A stretch of 56,812 nucleotides of DNA, counting the filler, from Basidiobolus ranarum (Eukaryota), in the NCBI GenBank assembly GCA_040143965.1. It is 2 parts of 2 records of this genome, joined end to end, with 100 filler letters (N's around TTAATTAATTAA, not from the genome) between each part and the next. Parts side by side here need not be neighbours in the genome. Positions count along the whole stretch, not along the records: positions 1 to 28,427 come from JASJQH010006991.1; positions 28,528 to 56,812 come from JASJQH010006992.1. One strand, given 5' to 3'. The notes below the pieces were generated by a model. That model did no database searches, was not told where the DNA came from, and saw nothing but the letters and a program-made list of their open reading frames with translations. Of this stretch, positions 23,760 through 35,776 are shown piece by piece. A program made the position numbers and the translations under genes. Numbering within the stretch: position 1 is the first letter of the stretch; the number at the start of each line of letters is the position of its first letter.

Positions 23760-25696
23760 ATGAGCACTGAGTCTGATAGAATTTTAAGAACTCGTAGTTC
23801 CAAAATAGAAGCTTCTACACCAATCCGTAATGCGAGCGTTACTGGATATCCTACGCAATCTATGCCGTTAGCAACAAATTACGCAGCGTTTTTTTCTAAT
23901 AACACGTTTTCTTCAACACCTGGTTATCAGCATTCTCCTAGTATAATGAACTCTACACCTTCCTCGACACACCCAAATTTGACTCCTCGTTCTACTGCTC
24001 AATTCATACCTTATACAACCACTCCCACTTTTTCAGTTAACCAAAACCAGACACCTAAATCAAATAAAGCTCCCCGAGCTCCGCTTATTACCCCCGGATA
24101 TGTCCCAAGAGCAATCTTTCCAGTTGGCGTACCTACAACTGTAAGTTCTGGAAATAACGTCCAGGGAAGATACAGCACCTATTCTTCACGTTTACGCGAT
24201 GGAGGCTCTGGATTAATAGTTTCAGGAAACTTGGGGAAACGTGTATTACGTGACAAGGATGATGATAGTGAGGAAGAAGAGCTTGGATCCACTTTTCCTT
24301 CAAATATGAACAAAGTATGGAGTCGTAGAAAGATCCAAAAACGTTATTTGAGTTAGTAAGTTTTAAGGAATCTAATTATCGTTCGGTCATTGCCTCCCTC
24401 CAGTTCTCTTAACTGATTGTACTCGATTTTGACTTTAAGTACTACAGATCAACTACAAGAAGCCGCACTAGCTGAGGAAACTTTGGTACCTATTCGGTTG
24501 GATTTGGATATCGATCATCAATATAAATTACGAGACGTATTTTTGTGGAATTTAAATGGTATGGTAGTCGTGCTTTGACTAGGGTCACAACCCGTTCATG
24601 TCCATGTCAACTGATGACGTTCTGACTTTTGTTAAGAAACTCTACTGACTCCCGAGAAGTTTGCAGAAATACTTTGTGATGAATTGGATGTATCCATCAG
24701 CGTTCATGGTAGTAATATCGTTAACTCTATCAAAGCGCAAATCCAACATTTCGAGACTGTGTTGGACTTGGACATACCAACTGAAGATGCCCGAGTGGTG
24801 ATCAATGTAATATACTTTTTTTCTTTCATCCTTTCTTGCTTTTGTGGTTAATCTTCTGCTCCAAGCTTGATTTACATGTTGGTCAAACTCATCTCAGAGA
24901 TCAATTTGAATGGGATCTCTACTCAGAACTTTCACCATCCGACTTTGCAAGACAACTGACGGGCGATCTAGCGTTAGGGGGTGAGTTCATCTCATTGATT
25001 ACCTTTGCTATACATGAGCAGCTTTACCGTCATCGACAAGAAAGGTTAAGCTACGCAGATGAAATGGAGGATTCAGATATGGCCCCTCCGCTGTCATCTG
25101 CGTTCAGGCCAATGGAAGAAGCAGAGAATTGGACCCCTAAGCTTGAGAACCTGTCTTCTGAAGAGCTAGAGCGGATATTGATTGATAATGAGAGAAGCAT
25201 TAGGTACGTGGAGATGTATTTTGATGATTTAACTTATCTCCAGGCTGATTGTGTATTTGTCCAGACGTTTGAGAAGAGACGCCTCAAGATTTGTAATCAG
25301 CCGCCCTATAGACCTTAAGCCAACTAATAGAACCTCATCGCCCATGGCTAAAGTCAAACAAAGATGTAATTACAACATTGAAACTATTGTTCAAGCACCT
25401 TCTAATCAATCCAATGTTGTTATTCAGTGTCGGAGTATAAAACTTCTCGCTTGCCTTATGAAGAGCTAGAGACCTGGCGATGCTTACATTGTGGTATTGA
25501 GGGTAGAAATACTCCATTGGTTCGTCGTGGTCCAGATGGTTCCAAGGTTAGTAACGAATTCATAGTTACTTGAATATTCCATCTGATTTAACATTGGCCA
25601 TTTATTCGTTAGACTCTTTGTAACGCCTGCGGTCTTGCTTGGCAAACTAGAGGAAAACTACCGGAAAATAGATTAAATATGTATCGTATTTCTTAG
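23760..25696 (+). CDS. SFH1: SNF5-family RSC subunit Sfh1 with C-terminal GATA zinc finger, multi-exon
   Basis: YSSRLRDG, LVPIRLDLD..KLRDVFLWNL, LRDQFEWDL, ERSIRRLRR; WRCLHC...RRGPDGSK|TLCNACGL GATA finger. Confidence 0.88.
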
Positions 25697-26019
25697 TAGC
25701 TTTATCGATGGTTTTTTGACTTTATTACATTAGTAATTTATCTCTCATTTGAATGCTTTCCTTAATTTAACCTTCACCTTTTCCGTTCTTGTTGAAATGA
25801 TGTATCGAATAGGTACACTTACAGATGTAAATAAATCAAGAATTCAACTCCGACATGCCTTTATGATATGATTAAGTAATCAGTCTATTCAACTTCTTAA
25901 CCGTAAGAAATGATTTGTTCCTTGAAATTATCCTCTGAATTTACTGTTGAAGTTCCCACGATAGACACGATATAAGCACAACAAGCTAGCATGTATTTGT
26001 ATTTGCACTATTTCAAAGT

Positions 26020-27082
26020 ATGACTGAGCATTTGATACCGCTTCCAGTTATTAAAAAACTCGGTGAAAGAGTTTCGCGAGTTTTGGGTTTGAATCCAGGA
26101 AAATTCACCTTACAAGGTAAGTGTTACTTTTCTAAACTCAAGTTTCTTGAGTCATGAATGAAGTGGGAAACTTAATTTTCTTTTCTTCCTCTGGTTTGAA
26201 CCTCTCTCTCCCCCCAATTATTTCACAATTTTGGTCAAGAATTAAGTGACTTTTAATTTATGTTTAGGTACTAACACGTACTTGGTGGGAACTGGAAAAG
26301 ATAAACTTTTGATCGACACTGGTGGAGGTAAACCCGGCTATTCTAGAGCATTGACTACGGCTTTAGAAGAGTTAAATGTAGCACGTATAAATGGTATATT
26401 ATTGACTCATTGGCATCATGATCATGTAAAGGGTATACCCAGTGTATTAGATGTGTGTAAGCAAAGACACATGGAAGACCCACCTTTGTACAAACGACTT
26501 AACCCCGAACGTGATGACAAAGAGTTAAAGTTTAATAACATTGAAGACGGTCAAATATTTTCAGTGGAAGGTGCTACGTTGACCGCTTATCATACACCTG
26601 GTCACACTTCAGATCATTTCGTTTTCAAACTAAATGAAGACAATTCCTTATTCGCCGGTGACAATGTATTGGGCCAAGGAACCACAGTTTTCGAGGACTT
26701 GGGTGCTTATATGAACAGTCTTTCTCGTATGCTAACTCTTAAACCGAACATCATATATCCTGGACATGGTCCTGTCATAAAGGAAGGTACACAAATGTTG
26801 AGGAACTATATAGAACATCGTGAAGCTAGAGAGAAGCAAATATTGAGCTTATTAAGACAAATCCGGAAGGATGCAAATTATCAAGAAAAATATATTTTCG
26901 CCTCTCACTTGGTAGAAAAAATGTACTTCAAGTATCCTAAAGAGATTCACCCTGCGGCTGAAAAGATAGTCACTCTACAATTGGAGAAGTTGGTTTCGGA
27001 TTCTCGGGTTGTATATAGAATCATAGGTGACAATATGAAAGTATGGTCTTTAGCTCACGAATCCTTGAAAATAAAGTATTGA
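26020..27082 (+). CDS. Metallo-beta-lactamase fold protein, LACTB2-like; intron 26117-26267
   Basis: LGLNPGKFTLQG|TNTYLVG, THWHHDH, HTPGHTSDH, FAGDNVLG, YPGHG. Confidence 0.92.
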
Positions 27083-27607
27083 TCAAAGGTATTCTACCTA
27101 CTCGCTTTATTCACTTGCTATTCTAAATGATATTATTATTAAACATGTGTACGTTTGTCAGTAATAGTCTGCAGCTAAAGACTTAACAAAAACGAACCAA
27201 ATCAATTTATAACAATTACGTGGATGAGTGGAGCACTTAAAGGCTATCAACACATGCTATCGTTTAAATACACATACATCCAAGTCTGGTTGTGGTTTCA
27301 TAGGCTTTAATATTCTATAGCACTGCTTCATGATGCCTTGTAGTCAACGTAATGCTTATTCACATTGTAAAAAAATATCGACGAAGCTCGCTAAACCATA
27401 CTGTGAGACTTTCGAATGCATCACGGGAGCCATCTAACGACAATAAGCAACTACACACTGTGCGTTTTTCGGCTATGGCCTTGCAAAAACGAAGATACAC
27501 ACACATGTAAAGACTAAAAAAATTAAAATGAAGCAAAAAAAGAATGAGATGAGATGAAACAAAATCAAGTGCTTTTGAGGTGCCTCATTGCACTCAAATA
27601 CTCAATT

Positions 27608-28351
27608 TCACTTTGATCCATTCAACATTCCACCACCTTGGTAATTTTGTAATTCCCGTAATTTCGATAACAACTCATTAACGGATTCATTGACATTGCC
27701 TGGTGGGTTAGACACGGGTGCACTTACAGTAGGCCGAGACACGGAACTAGTAACAGTGCCACTTAAAATCACTGAAGATGGGGATTCTGATTCCCTTAAA
27801 TATGCCGGACCATTACCAGATGCATTTCTTTGATAATCCTCTCTATTGTTATCCATTTGTTGGCTTCTGTATGGTCCACCAGGCATATTATTTCTCAAAC
27901 GAGGATCCGACAATGACCTATTGGTACCCTGCAAACCAGCCGGATTATAATTATTTTGGCTCTGATTTCCACTCATGTATTGCTGATCTTGAGTTCTCAT
28001 TGATGTATTTGGAGCAGCACTACCTCTCAAACGAGGATCCGATTGTTGCTGAGTAGTTAACACTGATTGTGGATTAAATGGAGTAATCGAATTATTACTT
28101 GGAGCGCTTGAGGCGCTTGTAGCTGCTTGACCTGGTTGATTGGAACCCAGGTAAGACGGAGCTTGACGTTGCTCGTAAGAATGATTAGATCCACCAGCTG
28201 AAGCTCCACGAAGCCGTGGATCTACAACAGGCTGAGAGGTTGGAGGTATATTAGAACTAGTCCCCTGTGGACCACCACTGTTAGCATTGGGTTGAGGTCC
28301 TAAATTATGACTGATTGAAGCTTGTTGAGGTTGCTGTTGCTGCTGCTGTTG
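27608..28351 (-). CDS. Last exon of a Q/N/S-rich low-complexity protein with three DPRLR motifs; 5' part lost in the assembly gap
   Basis: Open frame of 248 codons downstream of a splice acceptor (CATTAG), polyQ start, DPRLR x3. Confidence 0.7.
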   Translation of the reverse strand, partial: QQQQQQQPQQASISHNLGPQPNANSGGPQGTSSNIPPTSQPVVDPRLRGASAGGSNHSYEQRQAPSYLGSNQPGQAATSASSAPSNNSITPFNPQSVLTTQQQSDPRLRGSAAPNTSMRTQDQQYMSGNQSQNNYNPAGLQGTNRSLSDPRLRNNMPGGPYRSQQMDNNREDYQRNASGNGPAYLRESESPSSVILSGTVTSSVSRPTVSAPVSNPPGNVNESVNELLSKLRELQNYQGGGMLNGSK

Positions 28352-28427
28352 CTAATGGTATAAAAGTACACTGATCAGAAATACGGATTAACTAATTCTC
28401 GATTACTCCTCTCTTTCACTGTTCAAC

Positions 28428-28527
28428 NNNNNNNNNNNNNNNNNNNNNNNNNNNNNNNNNNNNNNNNNNNNTTAATTAATTAANNNNNNNNNNNNNNNNN
28501 NNNNNNNNNNNNNNNNNNNNNNNNNNN
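28428..28527. other. Artificial contig linker (44 N + TTAATTAATTAA + 44 N)
   Basis: Six-frame stop spacer flanked symmetrically by N runs, exactly 100 bp. Confidence 0.97.
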
Positions 28528-29911
28528 GTAAAGGTTAGAACATGGGCACATAACCTATTGGGAAAATATGGGCTGTTTGGAGGAACTTTAGAAAAGTGGA
28601 GTTGTGAATAGCTTTGTGAGATAATTGTTTATTGTCCTGAAATAAAGCATTTATACTTTTGAGGGAAATACAGAAAACTAACACCTGGGTTGTGTTCAGA
28701 ACATCTGTGGGAGTAAAATGAGCTATCTTTGGGGCAATTTGGACAAGTTTGAAATTTCCAATATGGAATTGCTAATTCTCACATTATTCACATATATATA
28801 TAATATATGCTCCAATTTTCAGCCAAGTGATATTTGACCAAGTAATATTAACTAACTTATATTTGATATATGAAATAGTTAGGTGTATAAAGGCAGAGAT
28901 AACAAATATGATAAAGACAATAAACTTTGACATTTTCTTCATTCTTTTGGTTGGATCCTAATTTGTGTAAATCTTCATCCAGAAGTCTGCCAAATACATA
29001 ATTTAAGGTCACATTTTCAATTCTTGATTCTAGAGCTATTACTAGGCTCTGAAATTTCTGTTACAGGCTATTCAGGACTGTTACTATGATATCTTGATCA
29101 GTAGTAGGTACTCCAATACAATCCATTTTGTACACTAAAATAGTGACACTATTAATTAGTAATTTATTATCTTCTCCTGGCTTCATCTTTGAGTTAAAGA
29201 GTTGTCTTTTTAAAAGCATCTTGTTGGCAGCAGAACTTGTTTGGTAGGTGTCTTCCAAGGCTTTCTATATCTTCTTGGCAGTTTTAGCCCTTCAACACTG
29301 AATTAGCAATTTGTCTTTAACATTAAGACAAATTGTGTTAAGACACTTTATTCTTTTTTAACCTGGAGTAAAACTTTGGTTTTAGAGATTTTTGCATTAT
29401 TTTCTTCTATAACAGTGTCCCAAAGTTCTTTTTCTTGCAGCAGCATTTTCATTTAGTTTTCGAAACTTGATACTTGGTATCATCCAATTTTTCAGAAGAG
29501 GGAAAAGTTCCATCAATTTGAGATATAGACATTACAAAGAGTGCAAGCTTGGGGCTTATAGCCTGTTTAAGTATTTGGGAGCCTGTTGGAAGTGGTTTGG
29601 AGAATTAGAGAAATTGGTGGGTTTCACTTATTGATTTATTGAGTATTCAGTTGCCATTTATAGTTTTTTCAAGATGTAAGCAAACTAACATACAGAATGC
29701 ATTAAAAAAGGTCCCAGGAGCATTTGTGCAAGGTTTGGGGCTTCTAGCACAAGTTTGAAAAATCTATATATCTGAGAACTTCTAAGTTGGTAGAAATATT
29801 ATAAGTAAATTCCAATTGAGAATAATGGATAATATCTTAGTTCAATATGAGATAACTAAGTACCAAGCTATATATGACTATATAGGTGTTTAGGCAATGC
29901 TAATTTCAACA
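28528..29911 (-). mobile_element. Degenerate Ty1/copia retrotransposon 5' end: LTR 29564-29911, PBS about 29551-29563, disrupted gag
   Basis: LTR with TG...CA ends; on the minus strand GGCTATAAGCCC follows it (copia-type GGTTATG(A/G)GCCC PBS-like); gag-like LEDTYQTSSAANKMLLKRQLFNSKM...DIIVTVLNSL with stops and frameshifts. Confidence 0.85.
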
Positions 29912-30635
29912 AATACAATAAAGACAATACACTTAAGTCAAGATAAGTGCCCATGTTGAATACTACAAAATTATCAACTCTCCCATATCTTTGCATTAGC
30001 AAACACTTGATATTCTTCATACTTAAATGATGCCAGAGCATAGTTATATTTCTTGGCACTTGTGATACCCATCTCTTGTCTATTTTTTTCACTCAATAGA
30101 GTTAAAGACTACAATAATTTCTTTGTTATCAAAACTACAGTCGAAGTTGGAAACCTGGGATGTGTTGCTCTCAATATGCTCATATGTTTATTTTAACCAG
30201 TCAGGATTTATCAACAATGTTAAAACTCGTTAAAGTAATGGTTAAAATAGTTGGAAGAGCAAATTCTGCTTGTTTCTAGTTCAAGATTTGTATTGCTTTT
30301 ATGCTCTGCTTATATTGATAATCGTTTATTAGTAGAATAAACTTCATAATGATTGGAGTTAAATTAACCATGTATTTTCTTCAACTTGAAACTAGTTACG
30401 CTTCAAAGTGTTATGGAAATCTGATAGCATTGATTATGCACGCTACTTGATTGAACGTTGGTCAACATCGTCTGAAATGTAAATATATCACTAGAAAATC
30501 ATTGCTGAGTTAGAACACCAATTTCTTAATTTCATGCTATTACTAGTGGATAATCAAAGGAAATTCGTGGAAATTGAATGAAATCTACCGAAATGGACTC
30601 CCTTTCAATTTTCCTGTTACCAATGATGACTTTGA

Positions 30636-30643
30636 TCACGTGA
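30636..30643. promoter_or_regulatory. TCACGTGA E-box about 80 bp upstream of the KDM5-like gene
   Basis: ATCACGTGAC matches the Cbf1/CDEI consensus RTCACGTG on both strands. Confidence 0.4.
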
Positions 30644-30720
30644 CCCCACCTGAAGTAGGATATTTCGCAAGTTGATAAAAGAGATGTGTGAGTTTATATC
30701 TAACGGATATCTCAGTTATT

Positions 30721-33700
30721 ATGAGTGAAGAAAAGCCAAGTAGTAAATCACTTGGTGTAAAAAGTACATCCAAGTTCGAAATACCAGAAGCATGTATTCA
30801 AACTAATTTAGAGGTCACCACTGCGGAGAGAGTATTCGGGATAGAGGAAGGGCCAACTTTCTTCCCCACTTTAGAAGAGTTTCTAGACCCGTTGGAATAT
30901 ATTGGAAATATCCGACCTATGGCAGAAAAATATGGTCAGTGTAAAATCGTCCCACCTGATTCATGGTCACCACCGTTCTCTTTAGATACAGAGGTAATTA
31001 TTTGGGAATTGAACCGTTTATAATATATTTGATCAGTGATATATAAGATAGTCTTTGGTACTATCTCCCCTTTTTCTTCCCTTTTCTTATAAAACGCGTA
31101 TTCATAGTTGAAAATAGTTCACTTACTTGACCGGTTGAATTTCATTCACCTCACTAATTTCTCACGCGCACATTTTTATCTATTGTATCTTAGTTGTTTC
31201 TTGAAAATATCTTCTTTGACTGAGAAAAACTTCTCCTTTTGTAGGCATTTCATTTCAGCACGCGAGATAATAGAGGGGTTCCTAAGCAAACCGCTGGTCC
31301 ACCTGATGAAGAATATATTCAAGAATTATGTAAATTTCGTTCGAAGCATGGACAACCTATACACAAGCTTCCACAATTAGACCACAAACCGGTGGATCTA
31401 TTAGTTCTAAGGAATGAAGTTTCACTTCGAGGTGGTTTTCAAAAGGTTAGTCTAAAAGTGAAGTTAAAATAATCCTTTGGGGAGAGGGGATTTTGGTGAT
31501 AGTAAAGCTTTAATCCATGAACTAAAAGATTCTTGGAAGTTTCAACTCATCGAGTTATTTTGTAATATTCTTTAGGTCACTTTGGAAAAAAAATGGGCAG
31601 AAATTGGTCGTACTATGAATTATTCTAGAAAAACGTGTACTTCCCTTTCAAATTCTCTTAAGACCATCTATTCAAGATTCGTATTACCCTTTGAATTACA
31701 TATGTCCTCACATCGGGTGGATAAAGAGCCCAAGCCATCCTATGAAGAGGATGACAGTGAATTGTCCAGTGCAGGGCCTGCCTTTGACACTGAATCAGAT
31801 GATGGTCTCGATGAGGACCAGGGTTTACCTCCTCTACCGCCGCAGAAGAAAAGAAAAGTCAAAAGAGACTCCGGTAGATTTTTATTATTGTTCCATGTTA
31901 TGTGGTGTGTTCTAAATGTAAATTGAGTAGACACCGAATCCTCGTTTCCCTCTTCACCCACCACCCCCATTCAAAATGGGTTTCCCAAACCTGAAGAAAC
32001 GCGATCTTTGAAATCCGAGACCGATACTGTTGTACGTATGAATCTTGTGGTGTGAGAGAGTTTCAAGTGACTTGGCTAATATCCCTCCTCTTTCACCATA
32101 CATAGGCCTGTGAAATATGTCGAAAAGATCAGAATGAAGAGGCATTACTATTGTGTGATGGGTGTGACCTTGGTTATCACATGTATTGCCTTGATCCTCC
32201 TCTGAAGGTAGTTCCAAAGACTGATTGGTTTTGCCCAAATTGTATCGCTCAGGTTGATAGTACGACGAGTGAAACTCACTCTCGCTACAGCCTGCCCTTA
32301 TTTCAAAAGAAAGCCAATAAATTCAAAGAAGAGATCTTCTCTTCAATGCGGACTGGCGACTACTCCAAAGCCATTACAGAGAACTTAACCGAAGAATTAT
32401 TCTGGAAGCTGGTGGATGCTGGATACGATGATCTGGATGTGGAGTGTGGATCAGACTTATCCTCCGCACAGTATGGAAGGTAAAGTATTAAGCTGGATTT
32501 TTATTAACCTGAAAATCACCTTCTTATCGTTACCCTTAGTGGTTTTCCTCTGATAGAACGCAATCCGCGGGAAAAATCCGCCCTTGACAAATGGAATCTC
32601 AACGTACTCCCCATTCTACCGGACTCTTTATTTTCCCATGTGGATACGAACATATCAGACATAGTTGTACCTAGATTGAACGTTGGCATGTGCTTCTCAT
32701 CATTCAGTTGGCGTTACGAGCCTCATTATGCTTACGGAATAGACTATCTTCATTGGGGAGATAGCAAAACTTGGTATTGTATTCCTGCCTCTGATACAGA
32801 GAAATTTGACCAAGTCGTTCGTGAAATCATCCCTGACTTGGCTAAACAGGAACCTGATTTCCCCTACCGATTGACGTCCATGATTTCTCCCGAGACACTC
32901 AAGAAGCACTCAGTTCAAGTGACTGGAATCAATCAACGAGCAGGCCAGTTTGTAGTGACATTTCCTCAAGTGCGTCACGCCGAATTCTGCCATGGGGTAA
33001 TGCGGAAGACTATTACTGGTTTATGAGAATACATTCACTAATATTATGCACTATTCCTACTTCTCTAGTTTAATTTCGGTGAAAAAGTGAACTTTGCCCT
33101 AAGCGATTGGCCACAGTATGGACTACGATACATGAACCAGTATAAAGCGCTTAGAAGAGAGCCGTCCTTCTCCTACGATGGACTAATCCTGTCATTAGCT
33201 GCATCGGACCCAAGCATCAAAACTGCCATATGGTAAATTCATGTGTTCGTGAGCCACCTTACCCTTTGATTCTAATGGATTTACCCATATCACTTGTTGT
33301 GTAGGCTGCATGCACCATTAAAAGAAGTCGTACTGCGGGAAGTTGCCAATAGAAATATCCTCCGAAACAAGTGCAAGGAACTAACTGAAACTGTGAATCA
33401 GGACTTGACCGTAACACCTTGTAGTTATTGCAAGGATTTGAATTATCTGTCCATGATCTGCTGTTCATGTACTTGCGAAGTAGTTTGCTCAGAACACGCC
33501 GAACACGTATCTTTTTTGAATGTATTCTATTTGGAAGTAACTTGTTTCCATCATCATCCTTAACCAACTTCACCTCACCAGTTATGTGAATGCTCACTGG
33601 AAGATAGGGTATTTCGAGTTAAATACACCGATGATCATCTTCTATCCATCCTAAAGGATGTCACAGAAAAGGCGGAGATGCCCTCAAAGTGGGTTCAAAA

Positions 33701-35213
33701 GTTCAATGAATCAGTAGCAAATTTGAAGATTCCTTCACTAAATACATTGAAACATCTACTCAATGATGCAGAGAAGATCCCAATATTTATTAATGAAGCG
33801 GCATTTTTGAAGATGTTTGTGACTCGAGCGAACCAATGGATAGACAAGGCAAATACCTTCTTGGGAAAGAAACATCGTCGTGGATCAACCCGGGGAAATA
33901 TTCCCTCCGAAGAACATGTCAGAAATCTCTTTACTGAAGTTATAAGGTTGAACTTTCATTCCCCAGAAATCTTATCCCTTGAACACTTGCTACGAGTAAT
34001 CGATACATTCAAAGCCGAGGTCCGTGCAGCATTCTCTGATCCCGGAGTTACCATGGAGCAGCTCAGACATCTATACCAATCGGGTATCTCCATGAACGTC
34101 CAAATGGATGAGCTTCCACAGCTAATGGACTACATTCAAAAGAAGGAATGGTCCGAATTGATATCGCAAGATATTCCTACCGACCTCTCTAAGGTAGAAG
34201 CCCTGGTTGAAACAGCCAGAAACCATCATATAGATGACAATGATGACTTCTTAAAACGATTAAAGCATTTGGAATCACGTGGGCAACGTTGGAAACAATC
34301 GGCACTTGCAATTCTAGATCAAGACATGATCACTTCTGCTGAATTGGAAGCCCTAATTGAGTTGGCCCGAGAAAGTCCGTATGTCCCGGAGCTTCTAAGC
34401 CGAGCAGAGAGTCTACTTGCCAGAGTTCAAGATTGGAGTTTGAATGCTAAAGCGCTGCTGGAAAGAGGGGATAATCCCGATGTCATGCAAAGACCAACAG
34501 TCAATGAGCTCCACCGGGCACTCGATAGTTTGGGGGATATTCCCAACAAACCGGTGGAAGTTTACATTTTGGAACATGAAAAGGGGGGTATAGAGAAGTG
34601 GTGCGCCACTGTTAAAAAAACATTCCTGAAAATCAACGGACAACAGTCTTGGGAGGAGATTCTTGAAGAACTTCAACAAAATCTATCAAGGTGCTCGGCC
34701 ACTGAAACCCAAGGCGAATCCTATTGTCTTTGTCGCTCCCCTGACTCTGGCTTCATGATTGAGTGTGATATCTGCCACGAATGGTATCACGGAAGCTGTA
34801 TCAAATTCTCTCGTAAGGATGCTAAATCACAACGCAATTACATCTGTCCCATTTGTAACCCGAACGTACGGATTCCTCGTATTTACAAACGACCTACATT
34901 AGATGATCTGTACAAACTGATTCGAGAAAGCAACCACTTTAAATTCATCCCTAGAGAACGAGAAGTGCTTCTTTCCTTTACCGATGATGCTTCTTCCTTA
35001 CGTCTACAAATCCGCCGGTTTTTCTCCACGGCCAATGTTGCCTCGCCCAACGTAGACCAAATCAAATTCTTTCTTCGAAAAGTGGAAGGAATGGCGATTT
35101 GTTTGCAGGCAGAAACCACCCAACTCCGTCAAATGCTTTCGGTGTTCGAACCGCAATTAAATGGAGAACTTGATACCGTAACCGCCTCAAGTGAATCGGA
35201 ATATTCCTCGTAA
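30721..35213 (+). CDS. KDM5/Lid2-like JmjC protein (JmjN-ARID-PHD-JmjC-C5HC2-PLU1-PHD), multi-exon, atypical active site
   Basis: PTFFPTLEEFLDP..CKIVPP (JmjN); RGGFQK|VTLEKKWAEIG (ARID); CDGCDLGYHMYCLDPPL (PHD); GMCFSSFSW..YLHWGDSKTWY (JmjC); C5HC2; YCLCR..MIECDICHEWYH (PHD). Confidence 0.92.
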
Positions 35214-35776
35214 TGACCACGTATAATACTTTAGACGGGGAGACATTTAGTTTTATAGAACGCTCAGAAACCACTCGTCCCGATTCATCCAAGTGTAGTG
35301 TATATTATTGACTGAGATAGAGTATTTATTTTATCCCTAAAAGTTCCCTTAAATTCATTTTTAAAAGGCCCCCCTCCCATTTTATTCCACTGATTTAGAC
35401 CCCTCCTTTGTAACATATTCCTTATTTCATACTTTCATGGGGATCTTGTCCTATGGAACATTTAGTGTATTGTTAAGAATGAGAGTATTTCGTATATTGT
35501 CAAGCATCGTCTATTGTCAAGTAGTGTCCTGTGGGGGAGATATTGGTGTGTCAAGTGGGTCCTGTGCGAGAGATATTCGTGTTGTCAAAATGGATTTTAA
35601 TGGGAATCCAGAGAGGGATGCATATTTAGAGAGCTAGGCATGAGCTAGACATATATATTAGCAAGAAATAAGAGAAAATCGGAAACAAAAATCATGTATA
35701 CAATGCAAAAATAAGAATTTGTTAAGGATGCCGACAAACAACCCAATTGACATAAATAATACACTCATATACATAT

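Noticed and set aside
28428..28527. TTAATTAATTAA palindrome inside N runs as a biological element
   Set aside because: Symmetric 100-bp six-frame-stop linker added during assembly. It also means genes on either side are not demonstrably adjacent.
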